Source: Raillietiella orientalis
Lineage: Eukaryota
NCBI GenBank assembly: GCA_036172245.1
Contig: JAYWIR010000018.1
Location: 62,001 to 126,000 of the forward strand
Length of the DNA stretch: 64,000 nucleotides
Direction of reading: 5' to 3'
The position numbers and the translations under genes were made by a program. The notes below the pieces were generated by a model. It was not told the origin of the DNA. It saw only the letters and a program-made list of their open reading frames with translations, and ran no database searches. Positions within the stretch are counted from its first letter, which is position 1. The number at the start of each line of letters is the position of its first letter. Positions 25,601 to 37,600 of this stretch are shown one piece after another.

Positions 25601-28600
25601 AACGTGAAGGACGCGTTGCAGCCGCTAGTCGTCCTGGACAGCTCCGGTTCGCGCACCGTGGCACCCATGAAGGCTATCCAAGAACAGAACCCGAAGCAGA
25701 TCGCCATACCTGACAGGGCACCCTGCAATTCGAGCGCGTCTCTTGCAGCTCCTCTTCGTACTTTACCACTTCGTTAGCGGAAGAGAAGAAGATGCCGAGG
25801 ACGAAAGCTCCCAGTATGGGTCCTCCCAACGCACCCAGTATGATCTGAGTCATCTTCAGGACCCCACCTAAGTATCTGACTCCGATGGCCACGATGACGG
25901 AGAGAAGTCCCAGGAGGAGGACGATGGCTTGGCATATGAGCGCTTGCAGACGGGGGGAAACGGAGTGTTTCTTCAGCAGGATCTGGAAAACACCGTCGCA
26001 ACCAACAGAAGCAGGAGGAGTTCCGGGCCATCCACTCAGCAGAAGCGGAAGTTGAGGATGCATCGTCAGTCCCACATGAAAACCCGATTCCCAGGTAACG
26101 AACTCCTTCAATCACCCGAAATATTTGCTCTGTGTGCGCCTCCCCGATCCTACCAACCACAAGGAACTTGTAAAGTCGTGGAAGCCGAGATCGAGAATCT
26201 TCGGGAAGCAATAAAAAGAAAACAAAGGAGGGGTGGGATCATCCACTGTTTCCATAGCGTTTCTCATCCTGGAAGCGATGAAGTAGCCGGGTAATTTCTG
26301 AATTTCCCGTGGTCAAGTGTTCTCTGTCAGGACTCGAACCCGCTTCCCGAGTGAACGGGTCGGCTCCCACACCACAGCTCCAAAGCGGATGTCTCACCCA
26401 GTGAGTTCCGACCTTCCCAGCCGTCAGGATTCGAACCCGCTTCCTCGCGTTCAGTGCAGCTCGCTAGCGATGCTTTTTGCGTAACGAGCAAACTAGACTG
26501 GAGGTGGATGGCGAAGGGCACCCTGCCATCCCAGCAAAAAGACTACTTTTGAGTAGTCTACTAGTAGTCATCGTACTTTTGAGTACGATACACCGCACGG
26601 AGCGGAGGAATTCCAAAACTGTGGGTGCAAGAAATATCGTGGCTGTGCGAGTTGCCAGAAACATTGAGAACTTTGTCTTCCCATTCTATCTACCACTCAA
26701 GTTTGAGGTCGCCACTCTCGAACAACCGACTCAGTTGGGCCTGATGAGTCTCCAGGTTTTGGCTATCTCGCGGGGGAGCGGAAGTGCCTACTTGTAAAAC
26801 TCTATAAGTTAACAATATTGTCATGTAATATATGACAATGACACCGGATGTTATATGACATTAAATTGTAACATATAATTATCAAAACTTAACAAATTTT
26901 TTAATATTTCTTTAAAGTGTGATAGAGCTCATGACAATTACCCTCATGTAACGGAACATTACGATATGTACGAACTTTCATTGCAAACGGTCAAAATTTT
27001 TAAATTTATAAAGATGTGGAAGGATTATTCTACAGTTACCAACAAGTCAGCGTAAAATATGAATGCTTTGCTAAAAATTTAACAGATCCTTCTAGCGGAT
27101 AGATCTCGGCAATTGAAAAGCCTAATTATCGGCTTCGGGTAAAAAATGTGTTAAAGCACTGAGGATGGTGGTGGACTTCCAGCATGGTTACCAAGATCGC
27201 ATGCACTGAGCTCAACTTGCTACCGATTTCCTGATCCCTGTCTTGTTGCCGAGCAGTTCAGCGGGTGCAGAATACCAGCAGATTCAACCTTAGTCGAAAT
27301 TCGATAGCAACAGGTGCTCGAAATCGCATCGATCTTATCGACACCAAGTTATCGGAGAATGTGAAGAGCATGGAGGATTTTTTGGAAGCCGGCGTTCATT
27401 TATCTTTGTGCTATCTTCGCCATCGGAGAGCTGCTTTGACCATCGTATCTTCCGCATTCCGCCCCCCCTTCCCTCGAACGGGGGCAGGGCTTCCGCAAAG
27501 TTCTCGCGGCATGATCCGAGGGGGTTTTGGAGAAACAGCCTCGGATCAGACCTCTCTCTCTCCGGCTTGGTCCCCGGGAAGAAACGCGGAGTTGTGCACC
27601 AGAACCTCGGCAGCTTCAGCTCGCTATAGGGTGAGCGATGACCCTGGCTCTGCGGTGGAAGGCAGCTCAAACCCGAAGTCACTCATCCTGTAGAATGATC
27701 ACACGAGATTCCCGCCTGGGAATGCCACCCGGGAAGAGTTGCAATACGCGATCGTGACTTCTTCAGACACTTTTCCTTGACGAGACACGATCTATCTTAC
27801 CCAAATCTCTGATGCTGCTGTGGAATGCGGTCGCGTCTTATCTCCAGCTTACTCATCTCGACTTGCTGCTTGCAAGGACGCGTTCCTTGCAGGAAGAGGG
27901 CCAGCGTGAACTGGAGGCAGCAGCAACTCTTCCTCGCAACTCGAAACGGCTCCCAAGTTCGCACGCTCGAGTGCCGACAACTACTGGTCAACTTATTGGC
28001 TTCCCTTGCCCTCTGTGAAAATGCTCTCAGCTCGCGGATGAAGAGAAAGTGGACTGCAGACCACAAGGTACTCATCAGCCTTCATCATCAGTCCTCCGAG
28101 TTTCACAACCCTAGAAGCCAGTCTTTGGAGGCGAGCTTGAATTCACCAATCCGAAATCCCTGGTGGTTAAGCCACCCTCGAGGTGGAGGTACAGTAAATC
28201 CTCTTGCGTAACCCATTTGTCTTCCTCGATTCCCACGCAGCATCAGCACAGGGCAGGCAAACAACGATCAAGACCATCGTTTCAATTCAAGATTTTCCTG
28301 GCAGCAACAGCAAAGCTCAGGACATTTTTTTCCCACAACGGAAAAATCAAGATAGTGCCTGCGTAACGTGATACACCCACTCCCCACAACGCATTGGATG
28401 AATACTGTAATGTCGGGGTATCAGTTCAGCTTCTTTTAAGAGGGACACGGACACATCATTTAAGCAGGTTCGAAAGGTACAGTAAATCGTTAAAAAATGC
28501 GAACCATCGAACGGAAACTGAAGAACCGCTTATCAACCAATAAGATGTCGACAAAACTCCAAGTGCTTTGCTTTTTCCTAAGTCGAATAACAAGTCGAGA

Positions 28601-31600
28601 ATTCTAATCTTTCTTTCCTTTTTAAAGTGAAGTGATGAATGTTCTACTGTGAAGTTGTTCAACGCACATTTTTATATGTTTCATAAACACCACTGTATTG
28701 CCCATATGGGGTTCGTATTACACAAGAGCCCACTATGTAACTACATACGGGAAACTACAGCTGTTGTTGGAGGCATTTATCTCCGTGCCCAGAGGAAATG
28801 CCGTTGAAGAGAATCCGAAGATAAGGACAGCTTCACAATTCAGGGAGTGTTCTTCACCTTCTACCAGTCATATCAATTGCAGAGCGTGCGTTGCGAGCAG
28901 ATGCAAGGATAATCGAGCTGTCCTAAAACATCTCTAGGAATAAGTAAATGCAGGCAAAATAGGTTCATGGGGATACTGATGGGCGAACCAGTCCACAGCT
29001 GAAACCACCTGCGGAAGCAGCTGCGAAAGAAAGTGCACCCCCCTTTTTTGAGCTATTTCCAGTTTGATGTAATAAGGCTCATAAAGCCAGTGGATGCAGT
29101 AGCGATGAATGTATACAGTAGTGATGTATCCAGTAGTAACGAGGCTGCTTGCAGTTTTCCATGGTCGTAACAGGAATGCGACATCCGATATGCTCCAAGC
29201 AAACATGTGGAAAACAATCCTCAGTGGCTGCAGACAAAATCAAAGGGAAAACGGGAAGGTCGGCTCCGATTGCATTCCAGTACACGTGATTGAAGTCGCC
29301 GGTGGTTGTTTTTGAGATATCCGTAGTTTTCTTTCAGCTCGAGAAAAAGATTCGAAGATCTTCACCGTGGAAAATTCTCTGCAACCCTCAAACAAAATGG
29401 ACCCACGGAAGCAAACGAACGTTTACATCTCGAGTCTTCGGGTATTTGCACCGGAGCATTAGAGTAATACGGAGTCTGCAAGAAGGACGGAAGTTAGGTC
29501 ATCGGCCAAGCGTGTCTGCTCAATTCATCTGCCAATCTGATGTTTGTCCAACAACAGCAAAGAATCCCATCGTGTCCCGAGAATGCCATACAAAAGCGTC
29601 GATGACACACGATCTGCAGCCCGCAACGTCAGGGAAGCGAAGGCAGGTGCCAGCGCGCGTGCCGTGAAGCTGGCTCTCTATTTAGAAGCCGACAATCCAC
29701 CCAAAACAAAATGTCGAACATGCCGATTGTGCCCACAGACGAAATGGTGGTTGGTGGAAGGAAGAGTTCAATCTGACGACTCGATAGAAAGGGAGACAAC
29801 CCATGGGTGCTCAACCCTGCCTCTGCAAACCTGCAGCCAACACCAGCAGCTTGTAAGGCAGGGGGAAGCTGAACTGGAGTGCTTGGCGAGCCACAAGTGT
29901 GTGCATCTGCGCAACAGGTACAGGAGGCCAGCCAGCACAAGGGAGCAAGCAACATCGGTCAGATGCCCACCCACGAATAAAGCTCTCGAAAGTAGGTATT
30001 CAGAAGTAAAGCGCGTTTTTAGTATCCGGAACGAACGAATCCCTTTTCCATATCAGCAGCCATGGATGGAACCAGGGCTTCCTCTGACGACCCCAAAGTT
30101 CACCTATTCATACGAATCCGAAGAAAAGGGGGGAAATGAGGAACGAAAGGAACTGTGGTTCACGGTCGCTGGTTGAAATGGAACGCGAGGCCCAGAACCC
30201 TTGTGAACAGAGCTAGGAATTTCGAAAATTCAGAGGAACCGGCGAGGCTCGTGGTATGAACGAAGGGGCTGGCACAAGATGGAGGGTGTAGTGCCTTTGA
30301 GGTCCTCACTGTCGCTGCGGTCCTCTACCGCCTCCTCCGTCCTCTCCCTTCTCGTCCCGTACGGGTCTTCCCGTTTCGTTCGGATGAGACCACGGGGTCG
30401 CTTCCCCGGGAAGAGTCCTCTGCCCCCCACCGGTGGCTTCCTTCCCCTCAATCCACGGGTCCGGTCCACCCGCGTCGCGGCCGTGTTGGATGCTGGAGGG
30501 GAGGCAACGGCTCGCGGAGCCTCGTTTCTGCCGAGGTGTGCAGCCCGTGGGGTCTCCGTCTTCTTCCATCTGGGGCGCATCCCGGGACCGTACCGACAGC
30601 CAGCCTCAGGAGCTCGGACGGTCACGAGAGTGTCCGCAGCGGACGGAGCAAAGAAGGGGGGAAAGGAAGGAACGCCGTTGTTCCTGTTCCCTCGCGCGAG
30701 TAGGCGGGGATCCGGATGCGAGGGCAAGGGTCCGGCCCGGAGGCTTGCTTCTTGCTGGATGCCTAAGTGTCCGATTTCTTCCTCCATGCGCTATCCTCGG
30801 CCGCTGGAGCGGTGCGCCGCGTCGCCGGAGGCAGTGCCGCGAACAGCCACCTCCACTTCATCTGCATAGGGGCATCTTCTCTGACACTGAGCATACAAAG
30901 CCAGAAATTCCTCAGATGATGGGCGGGCAGAGCTAGAAATCCGAAAACGTTCTGCTTGTTGAGTGGGCGGGGAGAACATACACATAGCAACCGCGTTGGT
31001 GACCTCGCAGTACGACTGCGTCCTCAGCTCCCTACGAAACACCACCACCTTTGAGCGCCAGCAGCGCGCCATCCTTTCGTTGGCTAGGCGGAAGGAAGTG
31101 CTGCAAGGTGAGCAAGAAGTATCTCCTCCCTTGGCGTTTCTCATGCATTCCTTCCGAATCTTCAAAGCGATTTACATCCTAGAGGCTGCTGCACTTTCAG
31201 CACCGGGAGTGAACTTTCTCCGGAGCAATCCCATCTCTGATCAGCATCCATCAAAGTAACAGGCTTGACTGCTGTCTGTTCAGAAGGAAACATCTTCCCG
31301 TCCCTGGAATCCGAAGGCGCTTCCCCGGCTCACTCGAGACAGCGGGGAAGTTCAGTCGCGGTTTCTCGCCTCTGGTCGAATGTCCTCTCGAGTGCCTGCG
31401 TCTGTATCGCGCGTTAGTCTTCCGTGCCAACCATCGATGCCTGTCTGACCTTATCGATTTTCAAGCTCAGACTGTGAACTCGAGCGTTCGAAAATCGAGC
31501 GTGCGCGCACCTCCAAACCGGGCTTGCTGCAAGTCACTGGGTGTGTAACAAGTCAGGGCAAAGATTTTCTATCGGAGGTTCCCAAGGGACTCGTTCTGGT

Positions 31601-34600
31601 TTCACTGCGGACTCCTTGTCGGTGGTGATTACTTGTGAGATCAATTCCTCCCTTCCGCGAGCTCCCAAAGTGACGCTGCAGCGCCGATAGCGAGGAGCGA
31701 AGCAGCAGCTCCTGAGCTCAAACTTTTGAACTTACTAAGAGGAAGTCGTTGTAAATGATTGCCGCCACGGAGTTCAGTCCCGAAGACACTGTGCTCAGGC
31801 CAGCAGAAAACAACCCAGAGAAGAACAGTCCGACGAGTCCCGGGATATCCCCCATTGTCTCCATGACAAAAAATGGCAGGAGCTGGAAATTCCAATTCGG
31901 ATGTAGTAAACGCAAACACGCAGATGGCAATTTTTTCAGATTACGATTTACTGGGGGTTTTAAATTGTAGCGGATTTTCGAACTAATCAAATTCCGGATC
32001 AAGCTTTTTCATTCCAGCCGACTGCCGCCGTCGCCTCGAATCGTGGGAGTTTGCATCTTCCCACGTCGAATGCGTGCCATACGTTTCTGTTTTCTACCAA
32101 CACGAAAGCACTCTCACATCGGATGTCGAGGTGCACCCGTGGTTTTCAAACAGCCGACTGAATTTTTCGCGGTGGGATCGTCAAGGGATGGAGTGTCACA
32201 AAGTGTGCAAAGTGTTCCTTCACGTCGGGTTCGTCGTGGATGCACACTCACATGTTGCTACGCCGACATTTGCAAAAATACCATGGAGCATTTCGGTCCT
32301 TCAAGAGAGCGACTGTTTTCCATGTTAGGAGAAAACAGGGAACGTGCAAAAACGCTGCAGTCAAGCGAGTGGTTTTCATAAAATGCCACCGTTGTGATGT
32401 TTCACTCATGCTATTTCTGGCTTTGTGAGTGTGTGTGTGTGTGGAACGACTACTGGGTTTAAAAATAAGATGGAGCGTCGTGAACAAGGCAGCCCAAGTC
32501 GACCTCACATCTTTTTTCTGCCAGAAATTCCTTGCCCGCTCCCCTTCTCCAGCTGTGTCTGAAGTTTTCCAGCTCTGTCATGGCAACCAGTCTCAGCTAC
32601 TCAAGGAAAAATTCCTTCTTCCATCCATCCTTGGACAATCAACTTCGCTATTCTTCTATTACTCGAACATTTTCTTGTTCATACTGTTTCGTGTGGTCTA
32701 CTATTATCCTGATCGTCTTCTCATCCTTATGATCCTTATGATGCTCATGGTGCTTCCAGTAAATCTTAACTTCGATCCACTTTCGATCATTTGGAAGAAA
32801 GCATTGATTTCCTTTGAGATCGCCTTGCCCTTTGAATCCATCGTTCTCTTCCTACTTTCTTGCACTTCACTTCGTCCTTGCAGCTTCAAGCTGTCCTTAA
32901 AGACGGGTCTTCTGACAATCTGCCTTTCTTGGTCCAGGGATTCTTTGCTTTGCGCGGCCATTATCGTAGTCCACACTCTTGGAAAAGAGTCCTCTGATAC
33001 TGAAGAAATGCTCATGAGAATGCATAAGGAATCCTGCAAGAGCCCAGGGACGATGGAGGTAAAAGGGAGGGCCAGGATGAAGAGGAAGGGAAGCTGGGTG
33101 AACACCGAAGCCAACGCAAGAGTGCTCGTGGAACAAAGTGAAGCAATTTCAGGCAACCAGTTCCCTGCGGGTGCTTTCTAAGATGGTGAGGACCGGACTG
33201 TGAGGAGAGCGAGGGTTTCTCGCTTCGAAGAGGAGTCCGGGATGAGACCAGTAAATGGCAGAATGATTGTTTTGCAAGCTGACCGATAGAGATGAGAGCA
33301 GCTGCCATGCTTCACAGCTTGTGTGGTTCCCTGCTTCATCGACTTGCTGTTAAATCTTGGGAGAGAACAGCATCCCAAACGTGAGTCTCAGAGCATGCAC
33401 TTCTAGAGCGGCTAAGCTGGAGGGACACGGTTCCTTCGGTAATCAGTTGAGGGGGTGAAGGGGTTTCAATCGAGGCGGGTGCGAAACGAGATCAGGACTC
33501 CCCTGAGCTCGGTCGGCTACGTTTGTCTCTTACGTTCAGCTTAAGAGTGGATGAGGATCAGCGGCCAGTGAATTTATTCAAGTATTTAAGCAAGCAGATC
33601 GCGAACGGGCCCAGTTCTAAATGAAAATACCCCATAACGAGAATGGGGAGGAAGGTGTTCCGCATTTCTCACCTGATCTGGTTTCTCAATGCTGCCTTGA
33701 AGCATGGGGTCACAGTAAGCATAGTAGGCATATATGACAAGGCCACACAGAACGACCACAATATTCAGAATCGTAGTGATTGGCCACTGCAACCACAGCG
33801 ATATCTGAGCGTGTTTCAGGTTTCTGGGAATTACATTTTCGAGGTGCTCAAGGAAAACGAACAACAAGCGTACTTAGCTGTTAACAGCCGCTGTATCTGT
33901 GTTTGACTGACGGCATAAGATGCTAAAAATTGTACGCATCCTCCGACGATCAAACTCCCAAAGGAATAGCGAATAGTGAGGTCGTAGCTGAGGCTGAAAG
34001 CAAAATTCCTTCATTACACAAGGCAAAGGCTGTTCTCAGGACCTCTCCAACATCGAGTTTGACTAGCAGAAGGAGCAGCTTCGGTATAAGTAGCTTCCTG
34101 CGTCATTTGTCAATAATATCAAAGTCATCTGAGAGAAAAAAGATTCAAGGTAAAGACTACGATGCCTTCCAGGTACTAGAGAAGACATCCGAAGTTCAAC
34201 CTAATGCTGTCTTTACTGCACGGAAGCGTCTGTGCCGAAGGAACAGAGTTTATAGAAGGCTTGGAGTGTAATCTACATCACCGTTCCGTCATAAACAGGA
34301 GCAACCTGCTTATCACAGTTGAAAAGACAACAGAATAAACTCTTACAAATAAAATACGACGAGCATATCAAAAGGAAGGGTCCATCGGATATAAAGAAAG
34401 AACGAATAAGAGAAACCAAAATGTTTTCCTGGTTACAAACACGTACATCCCCATGTCATTCTTTTACGTAGTCACCATTATTTTCCAAACACTTTGGATA
34501 CTTTGGATTTTCAAAGCCGTCTGCATAAAATTCCCTCACCTAAGAGTTCAGCCAGTGCAGCACTGAAAGTTTTCAACTCCTTTCCCCCCTCGAATCTTTG

Positions 34601-37600
34601 AGCCACTTCTGGAGGTGCAGGAAGACGTGGTAGTCTCTGGGCAGGACTGTAAGGTGGGTGATCAAAAAGTTCCCATTTTAATTTCTGAATTGTCTGGAAT
34701 GTGCGGACGGCATGGTTGCCAAGGCTCGCTCCCCAGTCCGCTGTGCTGCATCTGCACTTCAAGTGAGCCCGCAGTCCACTTTTCGAGTGCCGACAAACCG
34801 ACCTCCACGAGTACGGACGAGCGTGCGGGGCAGGAAGAGACGCCCGGCAAGACTCGAATGGCAAGAGTCCAAGGAATAAGGAACGTGAGGAAGAGGGAAA
34901 GAGGGAGAAAGGGAGGGAAGGTCTCCTCCACTCCGCGCTCTCACAATTTTGAGCTCACATGATCACCTCACTTTGGGAGGAGAACAAAGAACTTCGAGAC
35001 GGATGGATATAGCCATCGGAGCCCATGCGGAGGCAGCCGATTTGCTTGCCTGGGCTGAAACCTTGGCTTCGCCTCTAGCAGCACTGCCCCCCGCCTTGGG
35101 CAAGCGGATTCGGGGCGCTCCTGCTCCTTTTAAGGGACCAGGGGATAGAGGCAGTCGATCGTTCCGGAGAACTGCTCGCCTGCTCCACTCTCTATGCTCT
35201 GCCGAGGAGCCCTGGTCCCTATCTGGTGGCTTCCTCTTTCGATCAGCATCTACCGCGGGCGCTTGCAGCGAGATCTGACAAAGCGCATTCGAGACTGCCA
35301 TTCCTACGATCGAGCCCCATCCTCGTCCCATGTGCGCCCCGTGGTGGTTCTCCTCGCATCAGTGCTGCCCACGTCTTCTTTTCTGGCATCCTTGCACTGC
35401 TGGAAGCCCCATGGCGCCAACGAACCCAAACATGAAACTCCGTGCAAGCTCGGAATCGCTCGAAAGTGGAAGCTCGAAAATGGAATCCGGCGCGTGGACT
35501 TGGAATGCCTGCTCCGCACGGGAAGGACACCTCCCTTGATAGGTGGTCCGCACCGCCGGGAGATCCATCACCGGATTCCCAGAGGTCGGCTCGAAGCCGA
35601 GGTCTCAAGCGGACTGCGAGACTCGAAGGTCGCGGAATACCTTACGTTGGCAGGTCACCGTGGACGCACCAAACTGGACTTTGTACGGTGTCACGCCGTC
35701 CCCGCCACGAGGCCACAGAGTAATTGCTGCAAGGGATTTCTAAACGCGCAGACGTCATGCGGCAGCAGCGAAGTACTTTGGTCCTCCGCAGCTTCGGATC
35801 CAACAGGCGCCATGACGTTCCGGAGAGGGCGGGGGATGGAGCGCCACGCGGAGGGATGACAAACGGAAGGGGCCATCCTCCTTGGGTGCGAGAGGGCGTC
35901 CGAATTGGACAGACCCTTCCCGAAGAGTGCCTCCGCCCGCTATCGGAAGGGCTCCTCGCCGCTGGGCTGGCGTACCTCGCTCGTAGGGAAACATGGTGTT
36001 AAGAGTGCGCCTCAGGTGGGGCTCCATAGCAAAAGGAAGATTTCGCAATCCTCGTGGTCCCAGGGAAATAAGTACTCTTTCTGACAACTTTTCATGGTGC
36101 ACTCGGTTCCCCTGCCCTCACGAAAGGGGAAGGGGGTGGGGGCAAGGACTGACGCTGCCCATGCAGGAAAAGATCACGGCGTCGGCGCTGGATGTTGCCT
36201 GTGATTTTAGTGGCGAGGAAACCACCAGCCCCGGAGCCGTCGCGAAGAAGAACGGCACTTCGATGCGTTGCTGCGCAAAAGAAGTTAGCAGCCTCTCTGC
36301 CGCCTGCCGTTCCAGCCTTGATTTTGCATCTTCTCCAAGGCCTGGAACAACAGCGAGGGTAGGTTTAGGTGCCTTCAGCAGTGCGCTTCCCGCACATCCA
36401 TTCAGCAGTCCCTCCCCTCTAGCTTTCTCGGCACGTTTCCCTTCCATTCAGGTGAGTAGGCTGGAAGCTGAGGTTGCAGAGGATGACCTCTTCTCAAAAT
36501 CCTCTTCGGAGGTTACCAGAGGGAGATTGCAGATGCTCCTTCTTCGGTTCGCGTCGCGGTCACGGATCGTCGATGTCGACAGGGGGTCGTGGTCGTCTCC
36601 CGATTTCAGGGTCCCTTCACAGTGCCGTTCTCCATTCCTTACGCTCTCTCTGCTCGAGATCCCGGGACGGAGTATTAGGAGGCTGCACGGAGGGTCGCGC
36701 CTTCAGCTGCGAACTCATATCGGGAACTGCTGCCATGGGAATCGTGTCCAAGAGTCTTCGAGGAGGGTGGGAAAACTGAACTATGGAGAAAGAGCACCAA
36801 GAGGTCACACTTAAGACACCGGCAAGGACGTCGTGGATCACCGGGAGGGGATCCTCCTGAGAGAAGGCAAGAGGTGACTTCGGAATCGCTCGTCCACACG
36901 CGTGCAGCGGAGGAGTAGACGGGAGGCGGAGTCAGTAGGATGCTTCAGGGGAGCGCAAGCTCGAAGGATCCCAACGATGCAGCGAGCGTGAACGATGACG
37001 CTGCCTCCGTGCAAATCGAGGACAGCAACCGCCGACGATTTCTCTGGGCATCGGGAACAGCACGTGCCGACGATTTCGCTGGGCATCGGGGACCCCGAAG
37101 CATCCAAGACGAAAAGTCAGTTCAGGCAGTGTAAAGGAATCCCGTTGCATCCTGCTTGTTTCCTGCAAGGTGGCGTTCGGCGCCTCAGGAAACGACCCAA
37201 GAGGCTTTTCTGGCTCGCGATGGATCAGGGAAAAGGGAGGGAGGCTTCGACGGCTGCCTTGGGAACCGACCCAGCGTTTGGAGTCGCAGGCGCTCACTGC
37301 GACTCCCGCGTAGGCTAACAACCCCGCTCTTTCCCGGATGGTTTGATCGATCCCGGAATGGCCTCACGCGCGTCAGCCGAGCAGCACGGACGCTACCAGA
37401 GTCCCGTTCGCGGAGTCCGCGCTACAAAGCACTCACGCATGCACGACCTACAGTCCGCGCGTGTGCGTGCTCTTGCAGAAGATTCCAGAAAGGTCGGATT
37501 GTCGGTGGCGCTCCCAAGTCGCGTCGTCCCTTAATAGAATTCTCTGGCGTTTCTTCGCGAGCCTCGGGAAACCGGCGCGTTCCATCGAATCCCATCATCC

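Noticed and set aside
26535..26595. Histone 3' stem-loop
   Set aside because: The loop and top pair are similar, but the conserved GG..CC stem base is missing and there is no histone ORF.
26741..26785. Hammerhead ribozyme (CTGATGA...)
   Set aside because: No canonical GAAA after a clean stem II (reads GGAA), and no convincing stems I/III.
29544..30176. 210-aa Cys/His-containing ORF
   Set aside because: No ATG start and no matchable zinc-finger spacing; lies in TE debris next to the Gypsy remnant.
24044..30887. Inverted repeat interpreted as the TIRs of a 6.8 kb DNA transposon
   Set aside because: The interval contains in-frame host exons and no transposase; no target-site duplication is evident; the left arm is part of a LINE RT remnant.
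32429..33181. 250-aa hydrophobic ORF (plus) and 150-aa ORF (minus) in SLC5 intron 6
   Set aside because: No recognisable domain or splice context; the opposite strand is stop-ridden, so probably TE debris.
35993..36814. 273-aa ORF (plus)
   Set aside because: Antisense to a decayed LINE ORF2; no domain.
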